Assembly (NCBI GenBank): GCA_037447605.1
Contig: CM074811.1
Coordinates: forward strand, 3,472,001 to 3,536,000
DNA length: 64,000 bases
Origin: Zygnema circumcarinatum SAG 698-1b
Lineage: Eukaryota > Plantae > Zygnematophyceae
Direction: 5' to 3'
Shown here: positions 26,515 through 37,573 of the stretch, one piece after another
Layout of the letters: every line of letters begins with the position of its first letter
Position numbering within the stretch: position 1 is the stretch's first letter
Position numbers and translations under genes: made by a program
Notes under the pieces: generated by a model
Databases searched by the model: none
Seen by the model: only the letters and a program-made list of their open reading frames with translations
Told to the model about the DNA's origin: nothing

Positions 26515-29500
26515 TGTTGAAGCAGGGGTTTGCTCCCCACTTCCGGCGCCACCTCGGGTGTCGCCCTCCATTGGAACTTGAGTTCCCACGGATGAAGACA
26601 TTCAAACACTCAAAGCTCTATCTTACTTCACTCATCGCCCATAACAACAGAATGAAGCTACAAGACAAGCACAGCGGAAATCACAATGAGAGAGTGTTAG
26701 GAGAAAGCTCACGGCTCTAAAACTCCTTATAATAAAACTGTCTTCCCACAATGAAGTTCTCCCACTACTTCAAGGTCCCTCTCACTCACTACCTCACGAC
26801 ACAAGTGTAGGCAGCCTAGCAGCACGAGCAGGCACAGAATAAGACCCGAGACTATGACAAAGTAGTGTGGGTGGGTTACTTCCCATAATAAAACTATGCA
26901 CTATATAATATGGCGTCCGTGACGTGACACACATGTCACGTCGCGTCCGCCATTGCAAACCCATGCACGGAAGCCCTGAAAGGGCGCATTCTCAGAATAT
27001 GACTGCTAGCTTGCTCAGAAACTCACGGCAATGGCCGTACTCGGCTTCTGTTCTACTGGGTATACCTGGCTCCGCAAGAGCCCGCCAAGCGCCGCTTCCT
27101 TCCTGGGCTTTCGCCGACACCTCGCCGTACACTCAACTCGCGACCTACATTGGCAGTGGTCCACGCGGGCGCATTCCGCTCGGCCGCCAAATATTTTCAT
27201 ATGCCGCTTCACAGCCGCAACTTTGCGCTTCGGCAGCTTCGCTGCCAGCGCCGCCACTAATCAAAAGTTGCGCTGCTGCCCTGCATTCGCACCCGCTATT
27301 TCTCGGCCTGGCCGGAAAGTTGCGCCCGCTTCTCCGCTGCTATTACGTGTCGGGCCGCCAGTCCAATCAAGCCGCTTCGTTCGCATCGGCGCGACTCAAG
27401 GGCGCACTTCACCCGAAGCAGCAATCCACATTCCTAAATCTAAGAGCACTACGCCTAGCAGATCTCATGTTCTACAAACTGAGTACCACAACAAGTTAGT
27501 GTGTGCCATACAATGTCTAACTATCATACACTAACACTAACAATCCCCCTCTTGGGACTCAGTTCCTCATGGGCCCTAGCCCAATCAATCTGCTGTTCAC
27601 TAGTAGTGTCTCCCCACTGACCCCCTTGGTCAACATGTCTGCAGCCTGCTCTTTTGTTCCTACAAACTTCACCACTATCATCCCTTCCTCTACCAACTCT
27701 CGCACATAATGATATTGCACCCTAATGTGCTTGGTTCTCTTATGAAACACGTGGTTCTCCATGAGGGCTGGTAGATGACCGGCCGCCCGCAAAAGAGCCA
27801 CGGTTGTGGTTGCTTACATTCATCAAAGAAATGTTGGAACCACATCCCCTCCTTCGCTGCGTGGCACGCTCCCATGTACTCTCCTTCGGTGCTCGACAGC
27901 GCCACCGAATCTTGTAACTTCGAGCTCCATGAGATCGCGCCTCCTCCGTTCAGGAACACAAATCCTGACGTCGATCGTGACGTGTCCACATCACCTCCCC
28001 AATCAGAGTCGGTGTACCCGATCACTCTGGTTGGCCCCCTTTCAAATCTGAGACCGTAATCCAAGGTCCCTTTCACGAATCTGAAAATCCGCTTCACGGC
28101 CTCCCAATGTTCAGGACCGGGATTCTCCATGAACCAACTTGCTGAGCTCACGGCTTTTGCCAAGTCGTGACGCAGTACCTATCATCGATACATTAAACTC
28201 CCCGATTGCCGACCTGTACCTGCGACTGCGACATCTCTGCACCAAGATCCGCCGCCGCATCATATCTCGACAATCGAGATTCGGGACCCCCATCGGACTC
28301 AACAAGCGACTCCGCGACTCCTCCATTTTGAACCTCGACAAGTATATTCTCATGCTGCATTCTTTTCCTGACACAAAGAAACAAGCTACCGCCCCGCCTC
28401 TTCAATCAAGACATTCCTGGGGAGATACCGCTACTTCCCTGGGGATCCACATTTTCAGTTAGCTTCCCAAAAAGCCGCCTAAATCTCACTGATTCTCTCC
28501 AATGAGAGGCTCACCATTATGAGGTCGTCCACGTAGATCCCAACGTACATGAGATCCGCCTCTTCCCCTTGTCGATAGACGGAATGATCTGTCTCGAATC
28601 GCGCAAATCCGTTACTCCTCAAGAGGTCATCAATTTTCTCGCATTCAAATCCCCGGGCGCTCGCTTTCGGGCCCCAGACAAAATCCTCTTCACAAGACGA
28701 CAAATCCAGATGCTTCCCGCCGACAACTTCGGGCCGCATCATGTAGATCTCCTCACGCAGATCTCCGCATGTAAACGCAGCCTTGATATCGAAGTTGGAT
28801 GACGCGGCATCCCCTACCGCCGCAATCGACATATTAGGGGCACCTGAGGAGTTGAACTTCACCACGGTCTCCGTAGTCGACCTGCGACGCCCGCCGGGGA
28901 AGCCCCTGCCACCAGCTCTCGCCTTGTATCGGCCGACACTCCCGTCAGCTGGGCTTCACCTTGAACACCCACTTGCATCCAATGGCCCTCCTTCCTGCCA
29001 GCCCTCAAGTCGCCATAAAGCCGCTCCTCCAAAGAATCGTCCCCACTCGCCGCATTGTCGCCGCCACTTCTCTCCATCGACCTCGCCAAGCAAGGCTTCC
29101 TCTAAAGGTTTGGCGGTTCGGGTGATCATAAACAAGGCAACCTTCGCGAGGTCCGCTGAAATCGTAGAGGGCACTCTTTCCCTGCATCTAGGGTTAGTCC
29201 TCAAGGAAGGCCTCAGAGTGATCGCCTCCTCACCACACGTGCTCCTCCGGAGGTCCTGGGCGCCCTCCTCGCTCCTCGTGGTTGAAGAAAATCCCGACAA
29301 CCCGGAGGCATGCTCGACAACATAAGCCTCTCTCACTCGCCTCCAAATCCTCGCATCCCGCCCATGCAAAGGTACGGGGCCGCCGAAGTTCTCCTCGCCG
29401 GACGTGAGTGTGTAGTGGTGCCGCCTCCGCCGAAGGTCAAGTGCTCCCCGCTATGCCTCGGGTTCAACTTCCCACCTCCACGCTCGGCCAAGCAGCCCGG

Positions 29501-32500
29501 CCAGCCCTCGCTTCTCAGCGCACATCTCCTCCTCTCGGCCGGACCAGAGGCGCCCATGCCTTCTTCGCTGGTCTCCACATCCTCGCATACACAATGTCCA
29601 AACTCGCCTTTGGGGTGCTGGTCTCACCCAGCCGGTCACCGCCTCTCGTCTACAACACCGTGAACGCTCTCGAGTCAAGTACTGCTTGCTCGGAGGGTTC
29701 CACACCCGTAGGTGTGATCGCCCATGTTGTAGCCGGAGAAGGGGTACCTTCCACGGCTCGGGTCGAACTTCGCCTCGCCGCAAGATCGCACCAGCAGCGC
29801 TTCCAGCGTCTTCAGTGGGACACCGCGGGGTTTCCTCCCACTCCACACCTCTTCAGGAACCTGATCCTTAAGCACAGAAGATGGGCATCTATTTCTAAGG
29901 TAAGTTGCGGTCATTACCGCCTCTCCCCAAAAAGATGCCGGGAAGGGGGAATCTATCAGCATGGTCCGCGCCATGTCCCCCAACGTCCTATTGACCCTTC
30001 TCAGCAGCTCCATTACTTTGAGGGGAGTAAGGAGCAGAAAATTCATGCCTTATTCCGCGAGCCTTCAAGTACCCGCCGAACTCCTTCGACTTGAATTCCC
30101 TCCGCTGTCCGGAAGCGCGTTTTCGGGGCCGACCGCTTCTCGCTCCATCTCGAAGCACACCTCAACGCCCAAAGCTTCGTGACATTTGTACTTCCTGAGA
30201 ATTTTCACTCAAGTTTTCCTCGAAAAATCGCCGAGGAAGGTGATGAAGTACGAAGCCCTCCACCGCTGTCGGTGTCACGGGCCCACACAAATCGGTATGA
30301 ACCACCCCAGTTTCTCTCTTATGCTGAAATGACCTCTCCCACCTCGTGAGAAAGGTCTCCCGTATGCCTTCCCCTCTACACACACTTTGCAAAAGCCTAG
30401 CTCCTTCTCAACTACGTCAACGTCTAACCCGCGGACCAGCCCCTTTGCAGCAAGCTGTTGCAGTCCCCTATGGTTTAGATGACCAAGTCTACGATGCCAA
30501 AGATTTACTGCACCCTCAGTTACAGCCATCACACCCTCATCTTCTTCTCTCCTATAATGAAGGTAATACAGGCCTCCCTTCTCATACCCCTCAAACAGCC
30601 GCTTCCCCGACTCTAGGTGAGTAGCTACACAAGACTTCTCCTTAAAGGTGACTTCGTACCCCCTCTTACATACTTGACTAACGTATTACGTAGCGTTCTC
30701 GCTTTCAGTCGTGAGGCGAAGTACGCCACCATGCACAACCGCTTTCTTTCAGAGATGATAGAGCCGCTCGGTGATCATCTTTACTATACCTCTTTTTGTA
30801 ATCGCTACCTCTCCGTTGCCGAAAGTGAACAGATCTGCGTCTGGGGCCAGAGAACATTCGCCAGCTTTGTCGCCACACATGTGCGCGGAAGCGCCGTAGT
30901 CGACGCCTATACGCTTCGTGACCAGAACCGATCTTCCCAACAAATCGTAGACAACCACCAAGATGAGATCTGTCTCCACCGGCCACTGCACTGGTGTTCT
31001 TGTGGCCTCGCTTCTGTATTTAAAGCGCATTCCCTTGAATCCTTCTTGACGGAGATGCCAGCGATTTCCATGCTCCTCCACCCCGACATCTTGGTAAGCC
31101 CTTGTTCTTGTAATACGTACGAGAAGTGGGTCTGCCTTGCCGCAGACGTAACATGCCCGCTAGTGGCGCTCCCACGTCTGCTCTCGCCAGCATCTCCTCT
31201 TCTAACTTGTCGCGGAGTGCAAATTGCCAACACCTTCTTCCCTGCCTCCAACGCCTTGGACAAGAAAGTTCTCCTCCTGATCCTCCTCGCCACTTGCTCA
31301 AGGGTCATCACGTACTGCTAGAATGGGCCCTAAGAGTCGCGAACTGCTACATCAAATCGCCAGGCAGTCCCCCTAGAAACCCGGGTCATTTTATGGTCTC
31401 CCTCTGCCCGCTTTGCAGCGCTTATAAATCTTCCATTAGAGTATCAAATCTGACCATATATTCACTCTTCTTCCGAGGACATCTTCATTTTCCCAAGCTG
31501 CGCAAAGGCTGACTATCGCTACGCTATCCTTACATCATACATCTCCTCTAAGCATCTCCACATAGCATGTGAAGTCTTGAGGTCATACGCATGGAAGAGG
31601 GAGCTTGCCTTCACGCTCATGACGGTATCGGGTAGAGCCTTGTTGTGTTGCGTGCTCCAGTCACGCAGCGGTCTTCCTGGGACTTGGACTGCCGCTGCCG
31701 CCGTGGCTCCTGCGGCTGCACGGTGCCTTGATGGTGCCGTCAACGTACCCCAACAGACCTTTGCCCACAAGCAAGGGAACCAGCCGCCATCTCCACCCCT
31801 TGTAGTCCGAACCATCGAACGCTGGGATGCTGAACTTCACGTGGTCTTCCTCGCCACCTTGGGCTCTGATACCACTTGTTGAAGCAGGGGTTTGCTCCCC
31901 ACTTCCGGCGCCACCTTGGGTGTCGCCCTCCATTGGAACTTGAGTTCCCACGGATGAAGACATTCAAACACTCAAAGCTCTATCTTACTTCACTCATCGC
32001 CCATAACAACAGAATGAAGCTACAAGACAAGCTAACAAGAGAAATCACAATGAGAGTGTGTTAGGAGAAAGCTCACGGCTCTAAAACTCCTTATAATAAA
32101 ACTGTCTTCCCACAATGAAGTTCTCCCACTACTTCAAGGTCCCTCTCACTCACTACCTCACGACACAAGTGTAGGCAGCCTAGCAGCACGAGCAGGCACA
32201 GAATAAGACCCGAGACTATGACAAAGTAGTGTGGGTGGGTTACTTCCCATAATAAAACTATGCACTATATAATATGGCGTCCGTGACGTGACACACATGT
32301 CACGTCGCGTCCGCCATTGCAAACCCATGCACCGAGTCCCGAGCGGGCGACTTCAGTGAATACGGGACCGTGGCTAGCCGCCTCAGAAACCTACCAAGCA
32401 AATGGGCCACCTAGTTCTTGTCGGGCTCGCATAATCGTCCGTACAGGACAAGCCGCTTCGCCAGCCTCTTCCTGGGGCTGGCCACGACACGCACGGGTAG

Positions 32501-32908
32501 ACACCTGAATCCTCGCTGACCCATTAAGTGCAGTGGTCCACGCAGCGCATTCCGCCAAAATATTCTATAGCCGCTTCCGCCGCCAAGTATCTTTATGCTA
32601 AGTGTCAAGGCCATCACTAACCCCAGTTGCGCCAGCTGGGCCCTGCATTGGGCGCGAACTGGGGCGGCCGCCATCTCAACGCTGCGGCCCGCTTCTCCTC
32701 GCCAAGATATGTGTCGGCCACACAAGGCTCCAATCAGCGCCGCTTGTTCGTACTCCGCGCACTCGCGGCGCACTCACCTGAGTCAGAGCACCGACATTCC
32801 TAAATCTAAGAGCACTACGCCTAGCAGATCTCATGTTCTACAAACTGAGTACCACAACAAGTTAGTGTGTGCCATACAATGTCTAACTATCATACACTAA
32901 CACTAACA
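26515..32908 (-). mobile_element. Full-length Ty1/copia LTR retrotransposon (LTRs 26515-27542 and 31877-32908)
   Basis: Both LTRs run TGTTGAAGC...CACTAACA. tRNA-iMet PBS (TGGTATCAGAGC on the minus strand, 31863-31874) abuts the right LTR; PPT (AAGAGGGGGAT on the minus strand, 27543-27553) abuts the left LTR. Flanks TCAAA and CGAAA are only an imperfect TSD. Confidence 0.93.
27559..31860 (-). pseudogene. Copia gag-pol in order gag-PR-IN-RT-RH, frameshifted
   Basis: Gag FDGSDYKGWRWRL...GLLGYVDGT; protease VDYGASAHM; pre-integrase LWHRRLGH...CKVCVEGK; integrase VHTDLCGP and FWGEAVMTATYLRNRCPS; RT FDIKAAF...EEIYM and YVDDL; RNase H GYTDSDWGGD...RSTSG and KRTKHIRVQYHYVRE. Many frame breaks, some possibly sequencing error. 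Confidence 0.92.
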
Positions 32909-33992
32909 CGAAAATCGTACGGGCCACCGACATTTGGCCCGACCGTATTTCCTAGGAACACTACTAGCAGATCTCATGTTTCCCAACTGAGGACCACAAC
33001 AATGTTAGTGTGAACCCGTACAATGTCTAACTATAGCACACTAACACTAACAGGTTGCGTTTTGTTGGATCGAATGCGCAGAAAATGGGGTATATTGCGT
33101 AATTATTGTGTCATTTCCTCGTGTCGTTTTGTACGTACCGCGGCGTTCGATTTTGATGTTTTATGTGGTGTACGGATTCGGTTAGGTTGTGAATGATGAA
33201 TTTAATGAAAATGGGGTATAGTTACCGCGAGTCTGACGTTGCCACGTCGCGCGTCCTGATTGGTTGTGCGTTTCGTTGGATCGAATGCGCAAAAAATGGG
33301 GTATATTGCGTTCCCATTCTGTCATTGCCACGTGTCGATACTTCGTGCGACGGCGTTCGATTTTGATGTTTTATGTGGTGTACGGATTCGGTTAGGTTGT
33401 GAATGATGAATTTAATGAAAATGGGGTATAGTTTCCGCGAGTCTGACGTTGCCACGTCGCGCGTCATGATTGGTTGTGTGTTTTGTCGGATTTAATGCGT
33501 AGAAAATGTGGTATATCTCGTACCGATTTTGTGATTGCCATGTGTCGTTTTCTATGTACGACAGTTTGTGGTTATGATGTTTTACGGGACGTATTGTTGG
33601 AAATAGGGTATTTGCGTAGCGCGTTTAAAGTGGCCACGTGGTGCATTCCTATTGGTTAGCACGAACGGAATTAGTTATACTTCTTATCCAGTCAGAAATT
33701 GCCACGTTGGTTCTGTAGTGTGTTTTTGGATGTTTGTTATCCAATCAGGTGTGGCCACGTAGCCCTAAAATGGGGAAAAAACCAAAAAAAAACAATCTAA
33801 ATATTACAACATTTGGCCTTATGTTGTAATATTGAGAGGGTTTTTTTTTTTTTTTGTTTGTAAAAGTTGTTGTAATATTGAGAGTGTTTTTTTTTTTGTG
33901 GTGTTTTTGTTGTTTGTTTTTGTTGTTTGTGTTTGTTGTGTGTGTTTTTTTTTTGTGAAAGTCACACACGAAAATACACACTCACAAACACT

Positions 33993-34030
33993 CACACACA
34001 CACACACACACACACTCTCACACACACACA

Positions 34031-34106
<76 letters not shown>
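33993..34106. repeat. (CA)n microsatellite
   Basis: CA run within the second copy of the composite repeat; source of the poly-TH and poly-CV ORFs. Confidence 0.93.
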
Positions 34107-34107
<1 letters not shown>

Positions 34108-34305
34108 GAACGAACCTTTTTTCATCACCATCTTATGTTTCCGAAATTTTTTCGATTTTTTCGAACATCGTCATCTCCAGGACCGGGTCCTTCCGAAATC
34201 TGTCCATGGTCATTTGCTATACAATACATGAGTGTGAGCGTAAGTACGAACCTTTTTTCATCACGATCTTATGTTTCCGAATTTTTTTTGATTTTTTCGA
34301 ACATC

Positions 34306-35135
34306 GCCGTGCGCCAAGAGCTCATCAATCTGTACTGGGAGGCGCAGGCCGCAGGAGAGCGGGCGAGGGCGGCTCGGGGGGTTCCTGAGCCGTCCCCGCG
34401 CAACTCGGAAAGGGACTTGACCGGGATTATCGCTGAGCCCTCCCGGTTATCACGTAGAGTTCGACGCGTGCCGTTGAAACTACGAGCTGCCTTTACCACC
34501 CCACACATGTGAACGAGGGCGTTCACATTCTCACAGGGGGGAGTAATGTAGCGAAACGCTACAGTCACCCACGGGAGGTGTACTTAGGGCGTACTCCGTC
34601 CTGGTACTCTCACCCCGGGCGCGGGCCGAGTGGTCAAGGCGCCGGGGACCACCTAGGACCAGATAAGTCTTAGGATCGAACCTTGCGAAAGTCGCAAGGG
34701 TTTTGTAACGTTTTGGAACGTAATCGTCGTCCGTACAATTACGGGTGACCGTTGNNNNNNNNNNGCGTAGGATCCGGCCGTGCACCGACGTATGGCGGCG
34801 CGCCGCGTCGCAGCGTGCGGCCGCGGAACGCGGCGAGCGTTCGTACGTTGCACTCCTCTGACCCATTCGGGTCAGAGACGGACACGTGGCGGGTTGCCAC
34901 TGGACAGCCCTGCTTCCAATCCTCCATGCTGGTAGGAGGTTCAACGGGGGAAGCATATAGGGGCGAGGTTGGCTGTCGCCAACCAGCCAAGGTACCGGCA
35001 TACGGTTGCACGCCCATCCCGGGCTGCTCCCCTCTCTGAAGCTCTCTCTGTCTCTCTCTTTTCTTGATTGCTCAGCTGAGTGCAGTTTGAGTGTTATTCC
35101 GCGTACGGCTGAAGAGGCAGTTTTCAGTCGTGACA
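34306..35135 (+). mobile_element. 3' end and LTR (34547-35135) of a Ty3/gypsy chromovirus, 5'-truncated
   Basis: 34310-34546 is homologous to the post-chromodomain region at 42255-42479. PPT AGGGGGGAG precedes TGTAGC...GTCGTGACA. The LTR is homologous to 39820-40499 and 42480-43142. 10-N gap at 34755-34764. Confidence 0.75.
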
Positions 35136-35760
35136 CGCGGAGTTCGCCTTGATTTGGCTCTTATGGATGGTGCTCGGCGCATTTTTGGGGATATTGTGTT
35201 GGCCGATCCAACCCGTCGCGATTTATTGTCATGTGCGACACATCATGAAGGCGTGGCTGCTCGCGATGCGGCCCTTCGCAAGGAGCGTGCATATGCTCAC
35301 CGTGATGCAGCTGACGAGTTTGTTCTTATGGCTATTGAGATTTTTGGTTGCCTCGACACCCGTTTGGATACCTTCCTTCGCCAGTGCGCCCATCGCTCCT
35401 TCAAGATGCACGGCCCCGGAAGCCCTCCTCCGGCTATCTTGGCTACCTTTTATCGACAGCGCATTTCTGTCGCCCTTCAGCGTTGCCTCGTTTCTACGCT
35501 TCTTCGGCGTGCTGCACTTGTTGGTGATCGTGTTGGTGGACTTCCGCCGCTCCCTCCTCGCGATGTGCCGCACATCGGTGACCTTCGCGGCTGCTTCTAG
35601 GGCTGCGTTGTTGTGCCTAGGCGTAGTTTTCCGCTCCTAGCTTCGTTTTATTGTGTTTGGGTCCTGTGTGACCAGTCCTTCATGGTTCCACATTTTGCCT
35701 TTGTCATGTACATTTGATGGCCTCGCCATCGCGAGTTCAATGAAAGTTTTCCTCTTTCTT
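35136..35760 (+). mobile_element. 3' fragment of an RLE-type non-LTR retrotransposon (CRE-like): restriction-like endonuclease domain plus 3' UTR
   Basis: RLDL...DIVLADP...A...KERAY...F..MAIEIFGCL...FL...RQRISVALQR matches the C-terminal PD-(D/E)xK endonuclease pattern of CRE-clade elements. Stop at 35600. Second copy at 36641-37265. Confidence 0.75.
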
Positions 35761-35769
35761 ATTCAATAA

Positions 35770-36049
35770 GGGGGAGTCAGACCTTGACTATCGCCAAATC
35801 AATTTCGCCAGCCCGTCGGGCCAATTCTGCTTTGTACGGCAGGACTTTTTCGCCAAAAGTGGACGTTCGACAGGCTCGGGGGCCGAGCCTGTATCTCATT
35901 TTTGTAACCTATTTCGAAGTACGGGCGAGACAGACAGGTTGGGGGGGAGCCGCGGTTTCCGACCCGAATTCTGCAATCGAAATCAGTACCTTTCCGCCGG
36001 CGGAATCTTTCAATTCCGCGGGCGATGATGGTCAAGGTCTGACTCCCCC
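35770..36049. mobile_element. MITE with TIR GGGGGAGTCAGACCTTGACYATC (PIF/Harbinger-like)
   Basis: 280 bp with inverted termini and TAA on both flanks. Other members at 37275-37554, 39751-43355 (interrupted), about 44508, 48745-49447 and 55547-57071 (interrupted). TSD reads as 3-bp AT-rich (TAA/AAT/ATT) depending on boundary placement, so the superfamily call is tentative. Confidence 0.8.
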
Positions 36050-37573
36050 TAATTACAATTTTTTTTGGGTAGTGATATTTCCACCCCTTTTTTGGATCCA
36101 AACACCCCTCCCCGGCCGGGCAGATTTCAAAAGGGATTAAAAACGGAAAATGCTTTTTTCACACCTTTTTGGAATCGATACCCACCTTCTTCCGTCGGCT
36201 GATTTTATTTTTGCTAACCAAGGAAAATGATACCCGGTCACTGCATTTTGAATACTGTATCCCGCCTAGCTGAATTTTTTTTTTGAGGGAAAGAAATATC
36301 TGCCAGCCCGAATCCGCTCGAAGTGGAAGATCCGTCCGCCACGAGNNNNNNNNNNCACTCCTCTGACCCATTCGGGTCAGAGACGGACACGTGGCGGGTT
36401 GCCACTGGACAGCCCTGCTTCCAATCCTCCATGCTGGTAGGAGGTTCAACGGGGGAAGCATATAGGGGCGAGGTTGGCTGTCGCCAACCAGCCAAGGTAC
36501 CGGCATACGGTTGCACGCCCATCCCGGGCTGCTCCCCTCTCTGAAGCTCTCTCTGTCTCTCTCTTTTCTTGATTGCTCAGCTGAGTGCAGTTTGAGTGTT
36601 ATTCCGCGTACGGCTGAAGAGGCAGTTTTCAGTCGTGACACGCGGAGTTCGCCTTGATTTGGCTCTTATGGATGGTGCTCGGCGCATTTTTGGGGATATT
36701 GTGTTGGCCGATCCAACCCGTCGCGATTTATTGTCATGTGCGACACATCATGAAGGCGTGGCTGCTCGCGATGCGGCCCTTCGCAAGGAGCGTGCATATG
36801 CTCACCGTGATGCAGCTGACGAGTTTGTTCTTATGGCTATTGAGATTTTTGGTTGCCTCGACACCCGTTTGGATACCTTCCTTCGCCAGTGCGCCCATCG
36901 CTCCTTCAAGATGCACGGCCCCGGAAGCCCTCCTCCGGCTATCTTGGCTACCTTTTATCGACAGCGCATTTCTGTCGCCCTTCAGCGTTGCCTCGTTTCT
37001 ACGCTTCTTCGGCGTGCTGCACTTGTTGGTGATCGTGTTGGTGGACTTCCGCCGCTCCCTCCTCGCGATGTGCCGCACATCGGTGACCTTCGCGGCTGCT
37101 TCTAGGGCTGCGTTGTTGTGCCTAGGCGTAGTTTTCCGCTCCTAGCTTCGTTTTATTGTGTTTGGGTCCTGTGTGACCAGTCCTTCATGGTTCCACATTT
37201 TGCCTTTGTCATGTACATTTGATGGCCTCGCCATCGCGAGTTCAATGAAAGTTTTCCTCTTTCTTATTCAATAAGGGGGAGTCAGACCTTGACTATCGCC
37301 AAATCAATTTCGCCAGCCCGTCGGGCCAATTCTGCTTTGTACGGCAGGACTTTTTCGCCAAAAGTGGACGTTCGACAGGCTCGGGGGCCGAGCCTGTATC
37401 TCATTTTTGTAACCTATTTCGAAGTACGGGCGAGACAGACAGGTTGGGGGGGAGCCGCGGTTTCCGACCCGAATTCTGCAATCGAAATCAGTACCTTTCC
37501 GCCGGCGGAATCTTTCAATTCCGCGGGCGATGATGGTCAAGGTCTGACTCCCCCTAATTACAATTTTTTTTTT

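Larger units (their letters stand above)
25682..33052 (-). mobile_element. Ty1/copia solo LTR (about 977 bp: 25682-26514 plus 32909-33052) split by the nested full-length element
   Basis: TG...CA ends (TGTTGGAG...CACTAACA). 5-bp TSD GGTTG at 25677-25681 and 33053-33057. Homologous to the LTRs of the nested element. Confidence 0.85.

Noticed and set aside
35091-35135. N-terminus of the 169-aa ORF as a real gene start
   Set aside because: These codons derive from the end of the gypsy LTR; the RLE homology starts at 35136.
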